32,000 nt of DNA from Patulibacter defluvii (GCF_034096925.1 NZ_JAWZSQ010000003.1:197532-229531), one strand, 5' to 3'. Positions 7,521 through 15,423 are shown, numbered from the stretch's first letter. The notes: generated by a model from the sequence alone, not told the origin. Made by a program: numbers and translations.

Positions 7521-8393
7521 ATGGAACTGCAGCAGCTGCGGTACCTCGCCGAGGTCCGGCGGCGGGGCTCGTTCACCGCCGCCGCCGAGGCGCTGCACGT
7601 CAGCCAGCCGGGGGTCTCGGCCCAGGTCGCCAAGCTCGAGCGCGAGCTGGGCGTGCGGCTGTTCGACCGCGGCGCGCGGGTGGCGACGCTGACGCCCGAG
7701 GGCCAGGCGCTGCTGCCGCACGCGACGGCCGCGCTCGACGCGGTCGGGCGGATCCGGACGGTCGCCGACGACCTCGCCGGCGTCACCCGCGGCCAGGTCC
7801 GGATCGGGACCGTGATCGGCTGCACGATCCCGGGCTACCTGCGCGCGTTCGCCGGCTTCCGCAAGGCCCATCCCGGCGTCGCGGTGACGGCGAGCGAGGG
7901 CAACTCCGACGACCTGATCGCCGCTCTCGCCGCCGGCGATCTCGACGTCGCCCTGGTCGCGCACGCGGTCCCGCTGCCGGCCGACTTCGACGTCGTCACC
8001 GTCGTCGACGAGCCGCTCGCCGCCGCCGTGCCGCGGACGCACCCGTGGGCCGGGCGGATCGCGGTGCCCCCCGCCGCCCTGGCCGAGCAGGACGTCCTGA
8101 CCCTGCCGCCCGGAACCGGCGTCCGCGCCGCGCTGGCGACCACCTGCGCCGCCGCCGGCGTCGACCTCGTCCCGGCGGTCCAGGTCCACTCGCCCGAGGC
8201 GGCCCTGGCCCTGGCCGCCGAGGGCGCTGGCGTCGCGGTGCTCTCGCCGTCGATGATCGCCGCCCCGCTGGTCGCCGTCGCGATCGAGGGGGCCGCGCGG
8301 ACCGCGCTCTCGCTGGCCACCCGCGCCGAGCCCGGTGCCGCCGCGCGGGCGTTCGCGGCGGCGCTGCGGGGCGGGTTGACGGCTGGCCGGTAG
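7521..8393 (+). CDS. LysR-family transcriptional regulator
   Basis: MELQQLRYLAEVRRRGSFTAAAEALHVSQPGVSAQVAKLERELGVRLFDR is a canonical LysR winged-HTH. A substrate-binding domain follows. The gene is divergent from a small target-type gene. Confidence 0.9.
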   Translation: MELQQLRYLAEVRRRGSFTAAAEALHVSQPGVSAQVAKLERELGVRLFDRGARVATLTPEGQALLPHATAALDAVGRIRTVADDLAGVTRGQVRIGTVIGCTIPGYLRAFAGFRKAHPGVAVTASEGNSDDLIAALAAGDLDVALVAHAVPLPADFDVVTVVDEPLAAAVPRTHPWAGRIAVPPAALAEQDVLTLPPGTGVRAALATTCAAAGVDLVPAVQVHSPEAALALAAEGAGVAVLSPSMIAAPLVAVAIEGAARTALSLATRAEPGAAARAFAAALRGGLTAGR

Positions 8394-8519
8394 CCGCTCC
8401 CCTGGCGCACGACGACCTGTCATACTCATCGACGTTCCGGAACGCGCGCAGCCGGACGTGGCGTCTGCGAGGGGCCCGGCGCTCGGGAAGGGCGCGGACG
8501 CAGGAACGAGGAGGCCATC

Positions 8520-9260
8520 GTGGGAGCACGGCTGCGAGACGGAGCGACGGCGGTCGCGGCGACGCTGATGATCAGCGCGGCGGCGGGCTGCGGGAGCGAC
8601 GAGCCGACGGCGGCGACGTCCCGGATCCCGCCGACGGCGAAGGTCCTGATCACGGGCCCGGACGGGAGCGGCATGGCGATCTGGCACCCGCGGACGTTCG
8701 CGGACGCGGTGGCGGGCAGCGACGTCGTGGCGGTCGCGACCGTCCGCAGCGTCCGCGAGGGATCCCAGATCGAGGGCTCCCCGAGCCCGCCGAGCGAGGA
8801 GCTGCCGCCGCCGCTGTCGGCGTTGGCGGTCCAGATCGACGTCGAGCGGGTCATCAACCGCAGCGGCTGGGCCCGCGAGCTGCCCTCGGCGCCGACGCTC
8901 TACCTGCTCGATCCCGACGAGGACGCGCCGCTGGGCGTGACCGCCGGTCACCGCTACGTCTTCTTCCTCGCCGAGTTCGACCAGGTGGTCGAGGGGAACG
9001 ACCGGGCGTACCACACGGCTTGGGCAGGCGCCTACGTGGGTGTCGACGGCGACCGGCTCGAGCAGCTGCCGGAGCACGAGCCGGGAACGACCCTGGCGCC
9101 CACCGGCTCGATCGACGACCTCACCGCCACCGCCCAGCAGGTCAGCGTCGACCGCGAGCTCGCCACCGCCGACGTCAGCGCCTCTCCCAACCCGATGCTG
9201 ACCAACCGGCCGCGCTGGCGCGAGCGCTCCGGCTACCGCCCCCAGGACGACGACCGATGA
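8520..9260 (+). CDS. Putative lipoprotein, function unknown
   Basis: GTG start with GAGGAGG upstream. The signal plus lipobox-like sequence is ATLMISAAAGCGSDEP. G/C at codon position 3 is high. The stop overlaps the next gene's start (ATGA at 9257-9260). Confidence 0.65.
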   Translation: MGARLRDGATAVAATLMISAAAGCGSDEPTAATSRIPPTAKVLITGPDGSGMAIWHPRTFADAVAGSDVVAVATVRSVREGSQIEGSPSPPSEELPPPLSALAVQIDVERVINRSGWARELPSAPTLYLLDPDEDAPLGVTAGHRYVFFLAEFDQVVEGNDRAYHTAWAGAYVGVDGDRLEQLPEHEPGTTLAPTGSIDDLTATAQQVSVDRELATADVSASPNPMLTNRPRWRERSGYRPQDDDR

Positions 9261-9820
9261 CTCGCGCGCGCCGCGCCGCCGGGCGGACCCTCGTCCTCCT
9301 GCTGGCGGCGATCGGGCTCCAGCCGTCCGCGGCCCACGGTCACATCGCGTACGTCACCGACGACGACTGCTGCGTCCGCTTCCAGCACCAGGACCACGAC
9401 CGCGACTTCACGCTCTGGAACCAGATCGACAACGCCTCCTGGAAGGCCGGCGCCCGCCGCGCCCAGCTGCACCTGCACGACATCTACGACGGCTCGCTGC
9501 GGTTCCCGACCGCCGGCTCCTCGGGCAGCGCCGACATCGTGCTCGTCGATGCTCCCTACCCCCTGCCGTTCGTCGGACGCGCCTACCACTGGCGCCACCA
9601 CGGTGGCCAGGGTCGCCTGCAGATGAACACCAACTACGGCCTGACCGAGAACCAGGCCAAGGCCGTCGTCTGCCACGAGCTGAGCCACTTCACCGGCCTC
9701 GCCCACAGCAGCAACGCCTCCGACTGCATGATCGACGACCTCGCCTACCTGGCCAGCACCAACCTCGCGGTCTCGCACCGCGACCAGAACCGCGCCGAAT
9801 GGAACGCCTCGGGCCACTAG
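9257..9820 (+). CDS. Small secreted metzincin (matrixin-like) zinc metalloprotease
   Basis: This is the last 187 codons of track ORF 7154..9820. The signal peptide is MTRARRAAGRTLVLLLAAIGLQPSAAHG. It carries SADIVLV, then the HExxHxxGxxH(S) motif as CHELSHFTGLAHS, and a Met shortly after (SDCMID) that could be a Met-turn. Confidence 0.7.
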   Translation: MTRARRAAGRTLVLLLAAIGLQPSAAHGHIAYVTDDDCCVRFQHQDHDRDFTLWNQIDNASWKAGARRAQLHLHDIYDGSLRFPTAGSSGSADIVLVDAPYPLPFVGRAYHWRHHGGQGRLQMNTNYGLTENQAKAVVCHELSHFTGLAHSSNASDCMIDDLAYLASTNLAVSHRDQNRAEWNASGH

Positions 9821-9842
9821 TCGCGAGCACCGGCCCAGCACC

Positions 9843-9908
9843 TATCGCCCGCGTATCGGGAACCGCATACGCGCCGGCAGCAGGCCGCGGTCTTGACTGG
9901 CCGCATGA
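9843..9908 (+). promoter_or_regulatory. van promoter/operator module, copy A (includes the vanH start codon)
   Basis: TATCGCCcgcGTATCGggAACCGCaTACGcGCcGGC-N14-TTGACTGGcCGCATGA. By hand alignment, 48 of 66 positions match copy B at 13917-13982, with identical spacing to the ATG. The module contains TATCG twice, 11 bp apart, and an inverted repeat GCGTAT-N10-ATACGC. Confidence 0.6.
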
Positions 9909-10942
9909 TCCGCAGCGATCCGGCCCGAACCGCGGCACGCCCCCGACCGCCGGCGCCCTGGGCCGCGCCGGCCACCGCCGCGACCCGGATCACGGTCTAC
10001 GGGTGCGAGCAGGACGAGGCCGCGCTCTTCCGGGCCCTGGCGCCCGGCTTCGACGTCGACGCGACCATCACCGCGGCGCCCGTCTCGGTGGCCAACGTCG
10101 CGCTGGCGGCGGGGAACCGCTGCGTCAGCGTCGGGCACAAGGCCGAGGTCACGGCGGCGACGCTGCGCGCGCTGGCCGACGTGGGCGTGACCTACCTCTC
10201 CACACGGAGCGTCGGCTGCGACCACATCGATGCGGAATGCGCGCGGGACGTCGGCATCAGCGTCGGAACCGTCGCCTATTCGCCCGACAGCGTCGCGGAC
10301 TACACGCTGATGCTGATGCTGATGGCCGTCCGGCACGCGAAGGCGATCGTCCGCCGGGCCGACGTCCACGACTACCGCCTGCACGACCAGCGCGGTCGCG
10401 AGCTGCGCGACCTGACCGTCGGCGTGATCGGCACCGGTCGCATCGGCAGCGCGGTGATCGACCGGCTGCGGGGCTTCGGCTGCCGGGTCCTGGCCCACGA
10501 CCGCCGTCCGGGCGCCGCCGTCGACCACGTGCCGCTCGACGAGCTGCTGCGGCGCAGCGACGTCGTCACCCTCCACACGCCCCTGACCACCGAGACCCAC
10601 CACCTGCTCGACCAGGCCCGGATCGCGCGGATGAAGCCGGGCGCCGTCGTCGTCAACACCGGACGCGGCGCGCTCGTCGACAGCGCGGCGCTGGTCGCGG
10701 CGCTGGAGAGCGGCCGGCTGGGCGGCGCCGCGCTCGACGTCGTGGAGGGCGAGCAGGGGATCTTCTACGCCGACCGCCGCGACCGGCCGATCGAACCCGG
10801 CCCGCTGCGGCGGCTGCAGGAGCTGCCGAACGTGCTCGTCAGCCCGCACACCGCCTACTACACCGACCACGCGCTGCGCGACATGGTCGAGCACACGATC
10901 GCCAACTGCCTGGCGTTCGCCGGGGTGATCGAGCATGCGTAG
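9905..10942 (+). CDS. vanH: D-lactate dehydrogenase (pyruvate reductase), VanH
   Basis: ITVYGCEQDEAALF, VAYSPDSVADYTLMLMLMAVR, VGVIGTGRIGSAVIDRLRGFGC, GGAALDVVEGE and SPHTAYYTDHALRDMV read almost colinearly with enterococcal VanH as I remember it. ATG 9905 is preferred over the track's TTG 9893 because that TTG belongs to the conserved TTGACTGG DNA block. There is no other in-frame start before ITVYGC. Confidence 0.9.
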   Translation: MIRSDPARTAARPRPPAPWAAPATAATRITVYGCEQDEAALFRALAPGFDVDATITAAPVSVANVALAAGNRCVSVGHKAEVTAATLRALADVGVTYLSTRSVGCDHIDAECARDVGISVGTVAYSPDSVADYTLMLMLMAVRHAKAIVRRADVHDYRLHDQRGRELRDLTVGVIGTGRIGSAVIDRLRGFGCRVLAHDRRPGAAVDHVPLDELLRRSDVVTLHTPLTTETHHLLDQARIARMKPGAVVVNTGRGALVDSAALVAALESGRLGGAALDVVEGEQGIFYADRRDRPIEPGPLRRLQELPNVLVSPHTAYYTDHALRDMVEHTIANCLAFAGVIEHA

Positions 10943-11981
10943 GTCGAGGCTCGCGGTCGTCTTCGGCGGCAGTGGCGAGGAGCACCCGATCTCCGTCAAG
11001 TCCGCGCGCGAGGTCGCCAAGCACCTCGACCCCGACAAGTACGAGACGGTCTTCGTCGGGATCACCCGCGCCGGGGCCTGGCGGCTCTGCGACGGTCCCG
11101 ACGGCGACTGGGAGCGGCGCAGCACCCGCGCCGCCGTCCTCTCCCCGGACCGCAGCCGCCCCGGGCTGCTGGTGCTGGACGGCGATCGCCACGAGACCGT
11201 CCCCCTCGACCTGGTGCTGCCGGTGCTGCACGGCAAGTTCGGCGAGGACGGCGCGATCCAGGGGCTGCTGGAGCTGTCGGGCATCCCCTACGCCGGCTGC
11301 GACGTGCCCAGCTCCGCGCTCTGCATCGACAAGGCCCTGGCCTACGTCGTGGCGGGGAGCGCCGGAATCGCGACGCCGCGCTTCTGGACCGTCGCGCCCG
11401 GTGAGGAGATCGACGCGGAGCGGTTGCGCTTCCCGGTCTTCGTCAAGCCGGCGCGCTCGGGCTCGTCGTTCGGCGTCACCAAGGTCTCCGCTCCCGGCGA
11501 GCTGGAGGACGCGGTCCGCGACGCGCGCCAGTACGACGCCAAGCTCGTGATCGAGGAGGCGGTCGTCGGCAACGAGGTCGGCTGCGCGATCCACGGCAAC
11601 GGCGCCGACCTCTTCGCCGGCGAGGTCGACCAGATCGCGCTCTCCGGCGGCTTCTTCCGGATCCACCAGGAGCAGGCGCCCGAGCAGGGCTCCGACAACG
11701 CGACGGTCAACGTCCCGGCCGACATCTCCGCCGAGGCCCGATCGCGGGTGCAGGAGACGGCCAAGGCGATCTACCGCGCCCTCGGCTGCCGCGGGCTCGC
11801 GCGGGTCGACATGTTCCTGACCGCGGACGGGACGGTCGTGCTCAACGAGGTCAACACCTTCCCCGGGATGACCTCGTACAGCCGCTACCCGCGGATGATG
11901 GCCGCGGCCGGGCTCTCCTTCGCCGAGGTCCTCGACCGGATCGTGGCGTCGACGCTGGAGGGCCACGACGGTGACCGCTGA
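10935..11981 (+). CDS. vanA: D-alanine--D-lactate ligase (VanA/VanB type)
   Basis: LAVVFGGSGEEHPISVKSA is typical of the Ddl family. The C-terminal block FFRIHQEQAPEQGSDNATVNVPADISAEARSRVQETAKAIYRALGCRGLARVDMFL...LNEVNTFPGMTSYSRYPRMMAAAG closely follows the VanA sequence (..FRIHQE..EKGSENA..), not housekeeping Ddl. It overlaps vanH by 8 nt. Confidence 0.92.
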   Translation: MRRSRLAVVFGGSGEEHPISVKSAREVAKHLDPDKYETVFVGITRAGAWRLCDGPDGDWERRSTRAAVLSPDRSRPGLLVLDGDRHETVPLDLVLPVLHGKFGEDGAIQGLLELSGIPYAGCDVPSSALCIDKALAYVVAGSAGIATPRFWTVAPGEEIDAERLRFPVFVKPARSGSSFGVTKVSAPGELEDAVRDARQYDAKLVIEEAVVGNEVGCAIHGNGADLFAGEVDQIALSGGFFRIHQEQAPEQGSDNATVNVPADISAEARSRVQETAKAIYRALGCRGLARVDMFLTADGTVVLNEVNTFPGMTSYSRYPRMMAAAGLSFAEVLDRIVASTLEGHDGDR

Positions 11982-12597
11982 GTTCGCCTTCGTCGACGAC
12001 GTCGTCGCGGGCGTCCGCTGGGACGCCAAGTACGCCACCTGGGACAACTTCACCGGCAAGCCGGTCGACGGCTACGAGGTCAACCGGATCGTCGGCGCGC
12101 GGGCGCTCTGCGACGCGCTCGCCGTCGCCCGCGACGAGGCCGCCGTGCGCGGGTTCGGCCTGCTGCTGTGGGACGGCTACCGGCCCCAGCGCGCCGTCGA
12201 GTGCTTCCTGCGCTGGTTCGAGCAGCCGGAGAACGGGCGCACGAAGCAGCGCCACTACCCGAACATCGACCGCCGCGAGATGGTCGACCGCGGCTACGTC
12301 GCTCCCCGCTCGGGGCACAGCCGCGGCAGCAGCGTCGACCTGACGCTCTTCGACCTGGCGACCGGCGAGCTGGTGCCGATGGGCGGCGGCCACGACCTGA
12401 TGGACCCGATCTCCCACCACGACGCGCCCGGCGTGAGCGCGGTCGAGGCCGCCAACCGCCGGCAGCTGCGGGCGCTGATGGAGGCCTCGGGCTTCCGCGC
12501 CTACGCCTGCGAGTGGTGGCACTACGCGCTGCGGACCGAGCCCTACCCCGCCACCTACTTCGACTTCCCGATCAGCCATGCGCTTCTCGGCCGCTGA
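11971..12597 (+). CDS. vanX: D-Ala-D-Ala dipeptidase, VanX
   Basis: DAKYATWDNFTGKPVDGY, LLLWDGYRPQRAV, SGHSRGSSVDLTL (Zn ligands) and EWWHY are VanX hallmarks. The GTG start overlaps the ligase gene by 11 nt. Confidence 0.92.
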   Translation: MTAEFAFVDDVVAGVRWDAKYATWDNFTGKPVDGYEVNRIVGARALCDALAVARDEAAVRGFGLLLWDGYRPQRAVECFLRWFEQPENGRTKQRHYPNIDRREMVDRGYVAPRSGHSRGSSVDLTLFDLATGELVPMGGGHDLMDPISHHDAPGVSAVEAANRRQLRALMEASGFRAYACEWWHYALRTEPYPATYFDFPISHALLGR

Positions 12598-13906
12598 GCT
12601 GGCGGACCACCTGGGCGCCGAGCTGGTCGGCCCCGACGTCGCCGTCGAGGGCGCCAGCATCGACACGCGGACGCTCCGGCCCGGGCAGCTCTACGCGCCG
12701 ATCGTGGCGGCGCGCGACGGCCACGACTTCCTGCCGGCGGCGCTCGCGGCGGGCGCCGCGGCCTACCTGACCGCGCGCGAGCCGGTCGGCGGGACCGCCA
12801 TCCGCGTGCCCGACACCGCCGCCGCGCTGCTGCGGCTGGGGGCGCTCGGACGCGACAGGATCGCCGGCGCGATCGGCATCACCGGCTCGGTCGGCAAGAC
12901 CACCACCAAGGACCTGCTGGCCGGCTGCCTGGCGTCGACCTTCCCGACCGCGGCCAGCGAGCGGTCGTTCAACAACGAGCTGGGCCTGCCGCTGACGCTG
13001 CTCGGCGCGCCCGAGGCGACCCGCTGGGTGGTGCTGGAGATGGGCGTCCGGCGCGAGGGCGACATCGACCGGCTGTGCCAGGTGGCCCGGCCCGAGGTCG
13101 GCGTCGTGACCGCCGTCGACCTGGCCCACGTCGAGTTCCTGGGCGACCTCGACGGCGTCGCTCGGGCCAAGGGCGAGCTGGTCGCCGGGCTGCCGCCCTC
13201 GGGGCTGGCCGTCCTCAACGTCGACGACCCGCGGGTGCGGGCGATGGCCTCGCGCAGCGCCGCCCGCGTGCTGGGCTACGGCACCGGTCCCGAAGCCCAG
13301 GTCCGGGCCGACGACGTCGCGCTCGACGACGAGCTGCGCGCCCGCTTCCGGCTCTCGTCGCCGTGGGGCCGGACGGAGGTCCGGCTGGGGCTGCGCGGCG
13401 CCCACCAGGTGACCAACGCGCTGGCCGCGGCGGCGGTCGCGCTCTGGGCCGGGGTCCCGATCGAGGCGGTCGCCGCGGCGCTGGCCGAGGGGCGGGCGTC
13501 GCCGTGGCGGATGGAGGTCCACCACGTGCCCGCCGGCCCGCTGCTGGTGGTCGACTGCTTCAACGCGATCCCGGCGTCGGCCGAGGCGGCGGTGCGCTCG
13601 CTGGCGGCGCTGCCGGGCGAGCGCAGGCTGGCGCTGCTCGGACTGATGGCCGAGCTGGGGGAGCGGAGCGCGACCGAGCACCGCCGGATCGCCGCCGTGG
13701 CCGAGCGGCTCGGGGTCCAGGTGGTCGGCTACGAGACCGACCTCTACGGCGAGGCGCACGTGACCGGCGTCGACGATGCCGTCGCGCTGCTGCGGACGCT
13801 GGGTCCGCGCGACGCGGCGCTGGTGAAGGGCAGCCGGGTGGCGCGGCTCGAGGACGTGGTCCACGCCTACGGCCGGGCCCGGGGCGTGCCGTCGCTGGCG
13901 GGGTAG
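12578..13906 (+). CDS. murF: UDP-MurNAc-tripeptide--D-alanyl-D-alanine (D-Ala-D-Lac) ligase, MurF paralogue
   Basis: SIDTRTLRPGQLY, the P-loop ITGSVGKTTTKDL, NNELGLPLTL and MEV are Mur-ligase/MurF signatures. It overlaps vanX by 20 nt. Confidence 0.9.
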   Translation: MRFSAAELADHLGAELVGPDVAVEGASIDTRTLRPGQLYAPIVAARDGHDFLPAALAAGAAAYLTAREPVGGTAIRVPDTAAALLRLGALGRDRIAGAIGITGSVGKTTTKDLLAGCLASTFPTAASERSFNNELGLPLTLLGAPEATRWVVLEMGVRREGDIDRLCQVARPEVGVVTAVDLAHVEFLGDLDGVARAKGELVAGLPPSGLAVLNVDDPRVRAMASRSAARVLGYGTGPEAQVRADDVALDDELRARFRLSSPWGRTEVRLGLRGAHQVTNALAAAAVALWAGVPIEAVAAALAEGRASPWRMEVHHVPAGPLLVVDCFNAIPASAEAAVRSLAALPGERRLALLGLMAELGERSATEHRRIAAVAERLGVQVVGYETDLYGEAHVTGVDDAVALLRTLGPRDAALVKGSRVARLEDVVHAYGRARGVPSLAG

Positions 13907-13916
13907 GCGGCGGGGG

Positions 13917-13982
13917 TATCGCCGACGTATCGCAAACCGCGTACGTGCTGGCGACACCGCTCCCCGTTGACTGGTCGCATGA
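13917..13982 (+). promoter_or_regulatory. van promoter/operator module, copy B (includes the start codon of the PhyH-like gene)
   Basis: TATCGCCgacGTATCGcaAACCGCgTACGtGCtGGC-N14-TTGACTGGtCGCATGA. It has the same block order and the same 62-nt distance from TATCGCC to the ATG as copy A. It begins 11 nt after the murF stop. Confidence 0.6.
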
Positions 13983-14773
13983 GCTACAGCAACGCAGCGA
14001 CGGAGCCGCTGGCGAAGACCGTGGCGGAGGAGGGCTGGGCCGTGGTCGGGACGCTCGACCGCCCGCTCTCCCGCCGGCTGCTGGGGGCGGTCGACGAGGT
14101 GGCGGCACGGTCTCCCGAGGCCGGGGCCGGGGGCCAGCTCCACCTGCTCTCGGGCCTGGCCCAGCACCCGCGGCTGGCGGCGGTCGTCGACTGGCCGCCG
14201 CTGCTGGCGCTCGCGGTCGAGCTGCTCTCGCCCAACATCTACATCAACCACTCGCACCTGGACGTCCACCCGCCGCACCCGCCGACCGGCGCCCACCGCT
14301 GGCACCGCGACAACGGCCTGATGGGGCGCGACATGCGGCTGCTCTGGCGCGACCAGCCGCGGGTGACGCTGAAGGTCGCGATCTACCTGACCGACGTCGA
14401 GTCGGCGGACGACGGCGCGCTCGAGGTGGTCCCGCGCAGCCACCTCGACGCGGAGTCGCGGTACCCGACCGAGGAGCAGCCCGACGGCGTGCCGATCCTC
14501 GGGCCGGCGGGCACGGTCGCCGTCTTCGACGCCCGGCTCTGGCACCGCCGGCGGGACAACCTCGGCGCCCGCACCCGGCGGGCGATGTTCTGGGGCTACA
14601 GCTACCGCTGGATGACCTCGCGCGACACGCCGTTCGCCGACGTGCCGGCGTGGGCCACGCAGCCGCCGGTCCGCCGCCAGCTGCTCGGCGACCCGACGGT
14701 CGACCCGTTCTACTGGGCGGCCGGCGAGCTGGCGCTCGATCCGCGAGCCGGTGCGTTCCAGGAGGCGGCGTGA
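13979..14773 (+). CDS. PhyH-family Fe(II)/2-oxoglutarate-dependent dioxygenase, substrate unknown
   Basis: WHRD (HxD), LKVAIYLTDVESADDGALEVVPRSH and the distal His in FDARLWHRR match phytanoyl-CoA-dioxygenase-type signatures. ATG 13979 is preferred over TTG 13967 for the same reason as vanH. The stop overlaps the vanY ATG by 1 nt. Confidence 0.8.
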   Translation: MSYSNAATEPLAKTVAEEGWAVVGTLDRPLSRRLLGAVDEVAARSPEAGAGGQLHLLSGLAQHPRLAAVVDWPPLLALAVELLSPNIYINHSHLDVHPPHPPTGAHRWHRDNGLMGRDMRLLWRDQPRVTLKVAIYLTDVESADDGALEVVPRSHLDAESRYPTEEQPDGVPILGPAGTVAVFDARLWHRRRDNLGARTRRAMFWGYSYRWMTSRDTPFADVPAWATQPPVRRQLLGDPTVDPFYWAAGELALDPRAGAFQEAA

Positions 14774-15423
14774 TGCGGGCCGACCAGCTGACGGGGATGG
14801 GCACGATCCACCGCGCCCCGATCCGGATCCGCAAGCGGCGCGTGGCCGCCCTGCTCGTCGTCCTGGGGGCGATCGTGGTGGCGATCAGCGGCCGCTCGCC
14901 GGGACCGTCGGCGTCGATGGTCGACGCGGTCGGCGGCGAGCACCGCGGCAGCGGCTGGCGCGGCGAGCTGGGCGTGGCCGCCGGGGCCGTGCCCGACGGC
15001 ACGACGGTCTTCGACGGCGGCGTCCCGGGCGTCGCCAAGCTCGACCCGGCGCTGCTCGACGCGGTTCGTCGGGCCGCGTCGCAGGCGGCGAACGAGGGGA
15101 TCGCGTTCGTCGTCGACAGCGGCTGGCGCTCGCGGGCGTACCAGCAGCGGCTGCTCGACGAGGCGGTCGCGAAGTACGGCTCGCAGGCCGAGGCGTCGCG
15201 CTGGGTGGCCACGCCCGGCACCTCGGCCCACGTCTCCGGTCAGGCGATCGACATCGGTCCCGCGGGCGCCGCCGCCTGGCTGGCCCGGCACGGCTCCGCC
15301 TACGGCCTCTGCCGGATCTACGGCAACGAGCCCTGGCACTACGAGCTGCGGCCCGACGCGGTCGCCTCCGGCTGCCCGCCGGTCTACGCCGACCCGACGC
15401 AGGATCCGCGGATGCGGCAGTGA
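14773..15423 (+). CDS. vanY: Membrane-anchored D,D-carboxypeptidase, VanY (peptidase M15B)
   Basis: This is the last 216 codons of track ORF 13075..15423. The N-terminal anchor is RKRRVAALLVVLGAIVVAI. The M15 Zn motifs are SAHVSGQAIDI (SxHxxGxAxD) and EPWHYE. Confidence 0.85.
   Translation: MRADQLTGMGTIHRAPIRIRKRRVAALLVVLGAIVVAISGRSPGPSASMVDAVGGEHRGSGWRGELGVAAGAVPDGTTVFDGGVPGVAKLDPALLDAVRRAASQAANEGIAFVVDSGWRSRAYQQRLLDEAVAKYGSQAEASRWVATPGTSAHVSGQAIDIGPAGAAAWLARHGSAYGLCRIYGNEPWHYELRPDAVASGCPPVYADPTQDPRMRQ

Noticed and set aside
7154-9256. The first ~700 codons of the 888-aa ORF 7154-9820, and similar long ORFs (13075-14772, 18149-18850, 21733-22314, 23036-23920, 24994-26562, 26520-27674)
   Set aside because: In each case only the 3' portion carries recognisable domains. 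That portion begins at a start codon that overlaps or abuts the stop of the upstream gene. The 5' portions overlap better-supported genes in other frames and are Arg/Gly/Pro-rich.
9893-9904. TTG starts at 9893 and 13967, which give both VanH and the PhyH-like protein the N-terminus MTGRM
   Set aside because: Two unrelated proteins sharing MTGRM is better explained by the conserved DNA block TTGACTGGYCGCATG. The ATG 12 nt downstream is taken as the start in both genes.
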